Part shown: positions 38,315 to 47,900 of the stretch, piece by piece
Layout: every line of letters starts with the position of its first letter
Numbering within the stretch: position 1 is the first letter of the stretch
Assembly: GCF_001194135.2 (NCBI RefSeq)
Contig: NC_068997.1
Span: 7,980,648 to 8,044,647 of the forward strand
From: Octopus bimaculoides
Taxonomy: Eukaryota
Direction: 5' to 3'
DNA length: 64,000 nucleotides
Made by a program: the position numbers and the translations under genes
Notes under the pieces: model-generated
What the model was told of the DNA's origin: nothing
Database searches by the model: none
The model's input: only the letters and a program-made list of their open reading frames with translations

Positions 38315-40039
38315 TAATCGTTTCTACTAAAAGCACAAGACCTGAAATTTGAGGGATGGGGATAGTCAATTACATTGACCTCGAAAGGATGAAGGGTTAA
38401 GTCGACCTTGGCAGAATTTGAACTCAGAATGTAGTGATGGGTAAAATACTGCTAAGCATTTCGTTCAGCTCACCAAGTTCTAATAATAATTATTATTATT
38501 ATTAACAACCCTTTCTATTCTAGGTACAAGGCCTAACGTTTTGTGGTGGTGGTGGTGACAAGTCGGTTACATCAACCCCAGTGCTTAATTGGTCCTTATT
38601 TTATTGACCCTTGAAAAGAAGAAAGGCAAAGTCAACCCCGGCAGAATTCCAACTTAGAACATAAAGACAGACAAAATGTTGCAAAGCATTTTGTCCAGTG
38701 TGCTAAGAATTGCTGCCATATGGTTTCAAATTCCGGCACAAGGCCAGCAGGTTTTTTGGGGTGGGGGAGGGAGTAACTAGGTTACATCGACTCCAGTGAT
38801 CAACTGGTACTTTTTTTTATCGACCTCGAATGAACGAAAATCAAAGTCAACTTCAGCAGAATTTGAACGAAATTCCTCCATGCATCTTGCCTGGTAAACG
38901 ATTCGGTCAATTTGTTGCCGTAATGAGAACAACTGTTTCGGGTTTAAGCAGAAGACCAGCAAATTTGAAAGGGGGGAATATTTTGCAGAATATTCAGAAC
39001 ATTATTGATATCATCAAAAAGAATTGTAGAATGGACGGAATATTGGGAAGAATGCTTTACAGTGTTTATAATTCGACTTGGTTTTGAGTTTACATCTCGC
39101 TTCGGGCTTGTTTTTCACTCTTCTAAGTTTGATAAAATAATTATCTATCTATAACAGGTACTGAGATTTCGAATATTGCAATTAGTGAACAACAGTTCGG
39201 TTGATTACAGATTTCTATCAGAGCAGTTACTGACTCACTGTGTTTCTAACAGCAAAAGCGACAAGGGAATGAAATTCGGTGCAGAAAAAATATCACATGG
39301 GACTTCATTCGAAAAGTACAAAACAAGATAAATGTTGACATTAGAAAAAAAAAAACAGAAAAGAAAAGATTAAACCAAAAGGCTATGAAGTTACGAGTAG
39401 ACTCGATACACTGCTCTAATATTTTTTCTTTTTCACTAAGCCTCGAATTAATTCTGATCGGCAAACGTACGTATGTATACGTGCGTGTAATCTTTAAATT
39501 GGAGGCAATTAACGTAATAAATACCCGTATGGCTTATATATTAAGTATATAAATACAATTTAAGATTAAGATTTTCGGAGAAAACATAGAAGTAGGGCAA
39601 CTTAGATAATATTTTTCTTGTTTTCACCTTAGACAATGACTCACAGATGTTGATTCCGTAAACGGAGTTTATCCTCAATAAAAGAGCGAGATCGTAAGTT
39701 GGTGTTTAGCTGAGGTTCGATATGTATATATTGCAGGGGGGAAAAGTGAAGAGAGAAAGAAATGATTTACCTGTCACCGACGTCTTTGTAAGAAATCCCC
39801 AAACGGGTACACCACGCCCTTTCGACGGACAACCAACGACAAGATTTCACCGGGTAACAAAATATAGCAGACACCCTTCCTACAGTAACAAAATAATTAC
39901 ATCGATTTCGATGGAACCAGATCGATATACAATGTTTGAAAAAAGAACCCGCTATCAACGATGCCATTACACGGGCAGAATTGTCTTCTGACAAACTAAG
40001 TAACAGATGCCACATTTGATCAACTAAACTTTCTCCCAT
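28908..40039 (-). CDS. MTARC: Mitochondrial amidoxime-reducing component (mARC; MOSC_N plus MOSC molybdenum-cofactor protein), complete, 7 exons, 1002 nt, 333 aa
   Basis: Exons 40039-39771, 38179-38000, 36741-36579, 35263-35123, 32066-32002, 30526-30452 and 29016-28908 join in frame. Motifs match mARC as recalled: [75 protein letters not shown] (Moco-ligating Cys), EPFKTL, I.VGDPVY. Confidence 0.96.
29790..30260 (+). mobile_element. RTE reverse-transcriptase fragment
   Basis: GVHHGSVL...[10 protein letters not shown] followed by a degenerate (Y)ADDLVL motif near 29985. Confidence 0.75.
30452..30526 (-). CDS. MTARC: mARC exon 6 ([25 protein letters not shown])
   Basis: ctcattcag acceptor and gtatat donor; 75 nt, phase 2-2; begins with the Cys corresponding to the Moco ligand. 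Confidence 0.93.
30600..31340 (+). mobile_element. Heavily decayed RTE LINE 3' region
   Basis: Weak, frame-broken similarity to RTE post-RT segments. Confidence 0.4.
32002..32066 (-). CDS. MTARC: mARC exon 5 ([22 protein letters not shown])
   Basis: tttccttag acceptor and gtaatt donor; 65 nt, phase 0 to 2. Confidence 0.93.
32498..32850. mobile_element. Mariner 3' fragments in opposite orientations next to a gap
   Basis: Minus strand 32612-32498 reads [10 protein letters not shown]...[10 protein letters not shown]. Plus strand 32617-32725 reads [38 protein letters not shown], followed by a TIR-like end. Confidence 0.8.
33784..34001. mobile_element. Tigger/pogo-like MITE
   Basis: Ends cagtaatccctcgactatcgcaggt / accgcaatatggccagggatcactg; TA on the right flank. 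Confidence 0.75.
34888..35053. mobile_element. hAT (Charlie-like) MITE, 166 bp
   Basis: TIRs cagtggttcccaa / ttgggaaccactg; 8-bp TSD gtccatat / gtctatat (7 of 8 match). Confidence 0.9.
35123..35263 (-). CDS. MTARC: mARC exon 4 ([23 protein letters not shown]...[16 protein letters not shown])
   Basis: tgtttcag acceptor and gtttgt donor; 141 nt, phase 0-0; FRPN MOSC signature. Confidence 0.96.
36579..36741 (-). CDS. MTARC: mARC exon 3 ([23 protein letters not shown]...PIQTAQ)
   Basis: ttccattgcag acceptor and gttttc donor; 163 nt, phase 2 to 0. Confidence 0.92.
38000..38179 (-). CDS. MTARC: mARC exon 2 ([25 protein letters not shown]...NIISC)
   Basis: tttccag acceptor and gtataa donor; 180 nt, phase 2-2. 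Confidence 0.92.
39771..40039 (-). CDS. MTARC: mARC exon 1 (MGESLVDQ...[40 protein letters not shown])
   Basis: ATG at 40039 in an ataATGG context, with an in-frame TAA 9 nt upstream; gtaaat donor; 269 nt, phase 2. Confidence 0.9.
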
Positions 40040-40079
40040 TATGTATTATTGCTTATTTTCCCTCAAAATATGTCTCCAG

Positions 40080-40260
40080 GCAGTTCACGTCACTAGTAAT
40101 GTGACTAAAGTTGGTAATCTCCTAAAATTTGCCAGACGAAAGAAAATTACCACGTGAAATGCTTGAATGACATCCAGTCATCATGGAATGTTGACCGTTT
40201 ATCAAATGACACGGTCGGGGAAATGTAACAGTGACGAAATCAAGGGCGGTTACTCTAATT
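40080..40260 (-). promoter_or_regulatory. Probable mARC proximal promoter / 5' UTR
   Basis: Immediately upstream of the ATG. Contains TGACGTG (CRE-like, about 40085), CACGTG (E-box, 40151-40156) and GGGCGG (about 40244). Motif calls only. Confidence 0.3.
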
Positions 40261-40559
40261 TTACAGCCAATTCGTTTTCCTATTAACTCCCTTGCTTTAA
40301 AATGACCTTGTTATAGGAAAGAACCTCCAAATGTTTGTAAAACAAGTGAAATATATATATATATCTAACCACACACACTCACATATATATACGTGTAGTG
40401 CTTGTACACACACACAATGCTTGCTGTCTGTGAAGCAATATATTGGCACTGTGATTATATAATTAATATTGAAAGACTGGAAGGCGGCGAGCTTGCAGAA
40501 ACGTTAGCACGCCGGTCGAACTGCTTCGCGGTATAACGGCTCTGTGAATACGGTTGTGT

Positions 40560-41130
40560 TACTTTGTGAAAGCTGTCTCGGTGAATAATTGTGATTTTTG
40601 TGGAATTATTACGGTTGCGTTTCACGTGAGCTGCTGCATTTTTTCCCAGCTATGGCAGGTGGTAGTGTCTCCAGTATGGAGAGCTGTGCCAGGGCCACTG
40701 CGGTGAGGAGGCCAGTGCCGCTGGAAACCAAGTTAATCAAGTTGGATATGGGGGAGGTGACCAGAAGCAGGAATTTGATGGAGCCGGAACTGGGACCAGT
40801 GGCGAAATCAAAAGTGTGCAAATGGTGGGGATTTGGACTCGAAATGTGGCTTTTTGCCACATTCGAGGACAGAAAGAATTCCCTACCAGATAGAAGTGGA
40901 GGACGAGAAAACGTTAAATGTCGTAGTCGAGGGAAGAAAACCAAATTGTTATATATGCTGGGAGAGAGGTTATATGAAGACCAAATGCCCCCTATATGAG
41001 TTCACACAGCCACAGCAAGAGAAAGCACAAGCAGAGGAAGAAAAATTGTAGACCACACTGAGGAAATAAAAGAGAGATAGAAGTGTGAAACAGAGAAAAC
41101 AAAGGAGAAGAACGAAAATGGAGCTACTAA
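40560..41130 (+). mobile_element. LINE ORF1/gag-like remnant with a degenerate zinc knuckle
   Basis: IPYQIEVEDEKTLNVVVEGRKPNCYICWERGYMKTKC: CX2CX4HX4C spacing with H replaced by Y. Confidence 0.65.
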
Positions 41131-41147
41131 CCCTAAAAAGCGAAGGA

Positions 41148-41337
41148 ACATTTACCAATTCTGAAAGGAACATGTACCTTTCCACAATCAGGTCATATAG
41201 GTTAATCCTTTAATGCAATTGTATTTAAATTTCTGAATTCCACTCAAAAATGCTGCCATTTGTTCTTTCTGAAAGTTTCATTTTGTATCAATGCATTTGG
41301 AAGCATCAGAATAACTTGTGGTGATATTTTATGCAAC
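41148..41337 (+). repeat. Direct duplicate (about 185 bp) of TRPM intronic segment 47570-47750
   Basis: tttaccaatt.tgaaaggaacatgtacctttccacaatc...gaataacttgtggtgatat is nearly identical at both sites, with only a handful of differences. Confidence 0.92.
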
Positions 41338-41465
41338 CTTTCATAATGGCGTCTCCAAACCTCTCTCTTTGCAGCCTCGTTTAGTGCAAGTAAGCTATCA
41401 TCCATGCGGACACATTTCTCTCCTACAACATCACAATTTCGTGTCTTGCAACACGAAATACTTCA
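41337..41465 (-). mobile_element. RTE ORF2 fragment
   Basis: VGEKCVRMDDSLLALNEAAKREVWRRHYERL on the minus strand; truncated by a gap. Confidence 0.75.
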
Positions 41466-41885
41466 NNNNNNNNNNNNNNNNNNNNNNNNNNNNNNNNNNN
41501 NNNNNNNNNNNNNNNNNNNNNNNNNNNNNNNNNNNNNNNNNNNNNNNNNNNNNNNNNNNNNNNNNNNNNNNNNNNNNNNNNNNNNNNNNNNNNNNNNNNN
41601 NNNNNNNNNNNNNNNNNNNNNNNNNNNNNNNNNNNNNNNNNNNNNNNNNNNNNNNNNNNNNNNNNNNNNNNNNNNNNNNNNNNNNNNNNNNNNNNNNNNN
41701 NNNNNNNNNNNNNNNNNNNNNNNNNNNNNNNNNNNNNNNNNNNNNNNNNNNNNNNNNNNNNNNNNNNNNNNNNNNNNNNNNNNNNNNNNNNNNNNNNNNN
41801 NNNNNNNNNNNNNNNNNNNNNNNNNNNNNNNNNNNNNNNNNNNNNNNNNNNNNNNNNNNNNNNNNNNNNNNNNNNNNNNNNNNNN

Positions 41886-42240
41886 TAATATAGATTTTTA
41901 ACCGGCTTTCATTGGATGGAAAATTTTCAAGACGAGGGAGAATGAAAATGTTTTTACAAAAACGTAAAAAATAATATATATAAAAAAATAATATATAAAA
42001 AAAAATAATATATAAAAAAATAAATATAACGGGAGGCTCGTCTGTCCGATATAGGAAGTGTTGGCAACCTTAAATTCCTTAAATTCCCTTTCTATCAATG
42101 TAAAGACAGAATCTCCACACAAGAAAGAATCAACAAGGAGAATCTTTTCATAGAGAAATTCCAAACACTTCTTAACACACAAACCCCTCAGTGACCTTAT
42201 TTCTCTAAGAACAGACATAAACTTCCTGTTGACAAAGAGT
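41886..42240 (-). mobile_element. L1/Tx1-like LINE 3' end with AT-rich tail
   Basis: ORF 41898..42218 has the character of a decayed ORF2 terminus, followed by a (T/A)-rich tail. The tail is repeated in inverted orientation at 42445-42573. Confidence 0.45.
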
Positions 42241-43385
42241 TCATAACTCCAACTAAAGAGATTTGTCTTCCCTTACACACACTTCCTGTTTTGACACACT
42301 TCCTGCTTAACACACAAACCTTTAGCCCCTTTTCTCTTTTTTTAAACCTAACACAACTCTCAATTTCATGCATCCTTATTTTTCCAACTATTATCTACAT
42401 GGATTACCATTGAACTTTAAAAGCTCAAAGACAATATAATGTATTGGTATATTTATTTTTTTATATATTATATTTTTTATATATTATTTTTTACTTTTTT
42501 GTCAAAAACATTTTCATTCCCCCTCTTCTTGAAAATGTGCCATGCAATGAAAGCCAGTTAGAAATCTATATTAAAATATGCTTTCAGTTTAGCATTCTGC
42601 CTTATTGTTATTTTTCATTTTCCTATTATTTCTCCACGTGCGGTTAACACAACCCCACTATATACTGACTTATATATATATATATACACATATGCAAAAG
42701 AAATTCTAAGTCTGATTTTCATGTTTTATTCAAGCCATATGAACTTGCCATGTTTAAGGACAAATTATTTTGAATCATTTAAGCCAAAATGGTATGAGTA
42801 GATTAAATACTGGTTGTTACTGCAACGACTCGCAAAGGATGTGGATAAAATTCGTTTGAAAATCTTGCATTTGAAGTTAGATGAAACGTTCATCAGTAAT
42901 GAAATGTTGGTTTTGACTGCTATTTTGCATGGACGAAAACTTTAGTTGGTGGAAAGCGTTGGTCTTAATGCTATCAGTATATCAACATTGCAGACCAAAA
43001 CGATGAGGGTATAGTAAGTAAGGATCATGTTGGTAGCTTTTTTCCCCGTTTGATGCTTAGTCTATTCTCACTGTTATGTGGTGTTTGCTTGCATCCATTT
43101 CATATCCATTGTTATGCTGGAACGTTGATCTCCCTGAGACTGATAAAAATATGATGATGAAAATTCTGTACTAATGTGTATCACTCTCTCTTGAGAAAAA
43201 CTTGAGGTTAACTTGAGTAAAATAAATAACCGTTTATTTCATCAGACATTGAATGACAGTCAATTGGTTTTAGTAATGATCAGAAATGAAAAACCTTTAG
43301 TTCTGAAAATTCGAATTATCATTTGCGAGATTTATGAAGATTAGTTTAATTACCATAGAATTTCTCTTGATCTCGGGTTTACCAT

Positions 43386-43767
43386 TGTCATGAGATTGTG
43401 TTGTAGCTGCACCAAACGTGGTGTGAAAGCAAAACTCATGAACATTTAACAACAGATTTTATTGAGGGAAATCCAAGCATGAATACATACATAGATCATC
43501 AGAGACTAGGATGTAGGGATTGACTTAACTGTATCTGATCGACGATTAGTTATCTCGAAGATAAGAGACTACTGAAACTTGCTGAAGTCTTTTCCTTGAT
43601 TGGCTGCGTGAGATCCGAGTTGTTCTGTTCGAAAGCCACCAGAACCCCATTTGGTTTTGGGCCTAAATTGCTTAGCTAGTGTAAAGGACACTTGAGATGA
43701 TGTTGCAACTGGTGGTGCAATCTGCTGCAAATTGGTTGGTTGATAAATAGGGTGTTCGTATGAAACA
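43386..43767 (-). mobile_element. Solo-LTR-like element between TRPM and mARC
   Basis: Ends TGTCATGA...ATGAAACA; AATAAA on the minus strand near 43459; flanks accat/tacat match only partly. Confidence 0.35.
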
Positions 43768-44900
43768 TACATGGCTCAGCTGTGTAGCTTACTCATAATC
43801 GTGAACTGACAATTTCGCAGATAGAGTTTGAATCCCTGCAGGCTTTTTTCCAACTTCTCCTCTTCTGAGTATCGAATGCTGGATCTGACACATTACTGTG
43901 TCAGCATTCACAATTCTAGCATTCAAATTAGTCTCCTGTTTTCCACCACTCATGAATGAGATATGTAAATTTCTTCACTTGCTACAGTAGTGTTCCATTA
44001 ACATGCAGAGTGCACTGGGAAAACTTTCTTTAGAAGATCAATGTCTCAATCTTCGCAATACTAATCCTCTGCCATTCCTTGCAACACTTGGCAGTGAACC
44101 CATTCAGTGCATGCATATGATCATCTGATGAGTGAAGTATCACCTCTTGTCAGCAATTATCAGCTGACTTATTCCATATCCACTTCCTCAATGGCAGTGC
44201 ATATCAATCTAGTTCATTAAAATTACGAAAAGGAGAGGTTATAATATACACCCCTGCCAAAGTCACGTTGCTCATTATCCCAAACTCCTGCAAAACCCTC
44301 TTCGGTACTAATTATCCGCAATGTGAGAGTATCGACAGCAGGGAAAACTCACAAAACTTGTGAGTCCAGTGCAACTTACAGAATAAAATGGTAAACTCTA
44401 GCAGAGGATGGGATCAGAAACAAATACGTGAACGCTATTGATACATAAAAGCACCCATTACACTCTCAGAGTGTTTGGCATTAGGAAGGGTATTCAGTTG
44501 TAGAAAACTATGCCAAATCAGACTGAAGTCTGATGCAGCCTTCCAGCAATGCCAACCTAGTCAAACCATCCGACTCATGCCAGCATGGACAACAAACATT
44601 AAAATAATGATGATGATGATGATGATGATGATGAACTTGCTTTAATGAATAAACAGTTATCACTTCCTTTTTATATTTTAAGCTTTATTAATAATTTTTT
44701 CCTCGAACTGTCCAAAAATCATTAACAACAACAACATCCACTCCTGGTGCTAGTGTTGCTGTTGCTTATGGTTTATTTATGATTTAGTATGTAACTGATA
44801 CTTTAAGTACAGTAAATGTCAATTATATTCTTAGTTGGCTATTCTCAAAGCAAAAGTCTGCTTCACCACATTCAGTAAACATTCCTCCAGGGCCCTCTTC

Positions 44901-44963
44901 TCAATGTTTTCTTACCATGAGATTTTCTTTCAATACTGCAAGAGTTGTATCAATATTATTTAT
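44901..44963 (-). CDS. TRPM: TRPM probable last coding exon (INNIDTTLAVLKENLMVRKH*)
   Basis: tttactttcag acceptor; only phase 0 is open; TGA at 44903-44901; AATAAA on the minus strand near 44772-44777. An internal gtaaga donor lies at 44915. Confidence 0.72.
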   Translation of the reverse strand: MNNIDTTLAVLKENLMVRKH

Positions 44964-47900
44964 CTGAAAGTAAAGAAAAATCATTTGTTATTTAGTGTTT
45001 AATATATACAAGCTGTTATATTCCGTTTTTTATTTTATTTTATTTACTTTCAGTTTCAAATAAATTTTCATCACAGTTATAAAATCTTCAAATGTTTTTG
45101 ACTTTACCGTTGGGCCTTGTACTTTCTTTCAATTTGTGTTTGGTGGTGAGGGATGCCCTAATTTTGAAGTAAATATCGAAAACAATGCATTTTATTTATT
45201 AATGCATTTGGCACATTTGGTGGATGGAAACTGAAAAGAAGCCCATTGTATATCTATATATGTGCCTCTGTGTGTGGGGGTGGGTGTCTTTGTGTCTGTT
45301 TTTGTATACTACCACCACTTCTAGACAATTGGTTTTGGTGTGTTTACGTCCCTATAATTTAGCAGTTTGGCAAAAGAGATCAATAGTATAAGTGCCAGGC
45401 AGGGTCAAGTCATTCAACTAAAAATTCTTTAAGGCAGTGCCCCAGCATGGCCACATTCTTATGACTGAAACAGGCAAAAAAAAATAATACAGATTAAATC
45501 AGCAATCAGCCTCAAATGGTAGAGTATGAAATTAAATAATTTATAATATATTGGCCAGCAATTGAGTCTCTCAAGCTTCAAGAAATAAACCAGATCTTCT
45601 TTTGATCTCACCCTACCATCTTAAAAAGGAAACACATTAGATAATATAGTTCTATGTATACTAAATGAGATTAAAGTGTGGGATGGTCACATTTGGATTC
45701 TTCTGATCAGGGATCATAGGTGGTGATGTATCATAGCTCCAGTGATATTACAATTAGTTTTATATGTAATCACACTAATTAAAGTAAATGGAGTTGTTTG
45801 CAAGTTTGCTGAACAATGATAAAATATGATAAATTTACTTGGATTCTGATAACATGAAAATTAATATAATTTCTTTCTTTCTTAAAAATGAAGAAAATTA
45901 GATTGATTAATGACTGAGAACTGAAATATAAAGTTGGTAGTAGTAGCATGGATAGAAACAAAAACCCTTCCTTTGCCATGACTAGTTTTTTTTTTTTTTC
46001 AATAATATTAGTGTCATATATGATGATGATGATTGACAGATACTCATAAAGGATGCAACAAATGTATCCTCATGAGATTTTTTAGTCTTTATTTGAGATA
46101 AACATTTTAATGTATTTGTTCTGTTTAGGATATGCTATTTCATAATGCTACAAATGCTACACAACCATTTTCAATAAAGTTGATTTCAGCCAGAATAACT
46201 ACTACATTTCTAAATGTCTTATAATTTATTTTTTTTGTCATTGCTCTGTGGACCAGTCTTTAATTCTAATAAATATTATAAATGATATTATAATTCAATA
46301 AATATTATTTGTTCAGTTAATAAATTCCTCAAAATTTTGAGTAAATCATAACATAAAATGAAAATATTTATTGAATAATGATTAAGTGAAATTTAATAGT
46401 TCTCATCTTAAAACTGAAAAATAAATTAAAAATAATAAATTACAAACCTTTTCTTCAATGTTTTGCAGCCTCTGATTTAAAATATTTGCACTTTTAGTAA
46501 ATTCCTTTTCAGGTTCTGAGAATGAAATATTCTGTGAACTTTCATATTTAGAAATTTCTAATTGGTCAATTCTGCAATGATAAAATATGTAATTATATTT
46601 AAAGGGTAGTTACATTATGAAAGAGCTATTTATATCATAGTATTCCACTGTAGTGGAATTATGTAATTTGCCAAGTCACAGTTGTGTGGTGAAAATCTTT
46701 ACCCCTCCCTCTCTTCATGCAGTGATAAACCTACGTTTTGGGGGTCTTGACACTCCTCTTCAAAGCCTGTAACAATAGCGCAAAATTCAACAAGGTTTGA
46801 AAATTACCTTACTACCCATGCAAGGACTCTAAAACCAAGAGGTTAGAGAACAGTGTGATTGAGTGAAATCCCCCAAAATGGCACTATGCAATAAGCTTTT
46901 TCCTATCAGTAATGGTCTTTGGATATCCCTATAATGCATTTGTTCCATGACAGATCATCGTACACTTTAAAATAAAATTCAATTTTACATCTCAGGTTTT
47001 AATTTAAATTTCTGTGCTGAGTTGAAAATTAGACATTATACAAATGCTTGACACAATGTAGACTAATGAATAAAACACAGCTATGATCAGATTTAACATA
47101 ATCTTTTAATTTAAACACCTATTAGATTACATGCTACATAAACCAAATTTTTAAAATACTTTCTTTCAGGGTTTTCTTGCAATATAGACATGCAAAGTTT
47201 TGTCACTTGAGATATTCCTTGCAATGTCTTTTTTTTTTTTTAATGACAATATGGTAAAATAATTGAAATACTCTTCAATTAAGGTAGAAAGATAAATTTG
47301 AGAAATTCCTTTCTGCTTCACAGCTTGTAATAGCCATTGTCAAGTATTCCTTAAGTGCAGCAATAATACTTAGGAACACTTCAGTTAGGTGTAGACCACA
47401 AATAAGCTGAATAATTTCTGTACATTGTATTTTGATGGTGTGTTTTCTTTCGTGTTCAGAGATTTCCCAAGTTGTAAATAGTCACTGAACTGACAGTGCA
47501 CATTGAATAAATTGCAGTCAATACCATTTTTGTAATATATTGCAAGGTTAATACTGTTCTTCTCAGAACTGTTTACCAATTTTGAAAGGAACATGTACCT
47601 TTCCACAATCTGGTCATATAGGTTAATCCTTTAATGCAATTGTATTTGAATTTCTGAATTCCACTCAAAAAACGCTGCCATTTGTTCTTTCTGAAAGTTT
47701 CATTTTGTATCAATGCATTTGGAAGCATCAGAATAACTTGTGGTGATATGTTACGGAGCATAAGAAAGGGATATTGTGTTAGATTTGGAGTAAATATCTA
47801 GAGTGATATTTCAATGTCATCTATAGACACCAGCATTCAAACTGATGTTGAGATTTATTAATTCTGAGTAGGAGTGGAGTTTTCATGTAGCTGAAATTGC

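Noticed and set aside
45108-45157. 50-nt exon-like segment before the last TRPM exon
   Set aside because: It cannot connect the phase-0 donor at 46448 to the phase-0 acceptor at 44963 without a frameshift, and its splice signals are only moderate.
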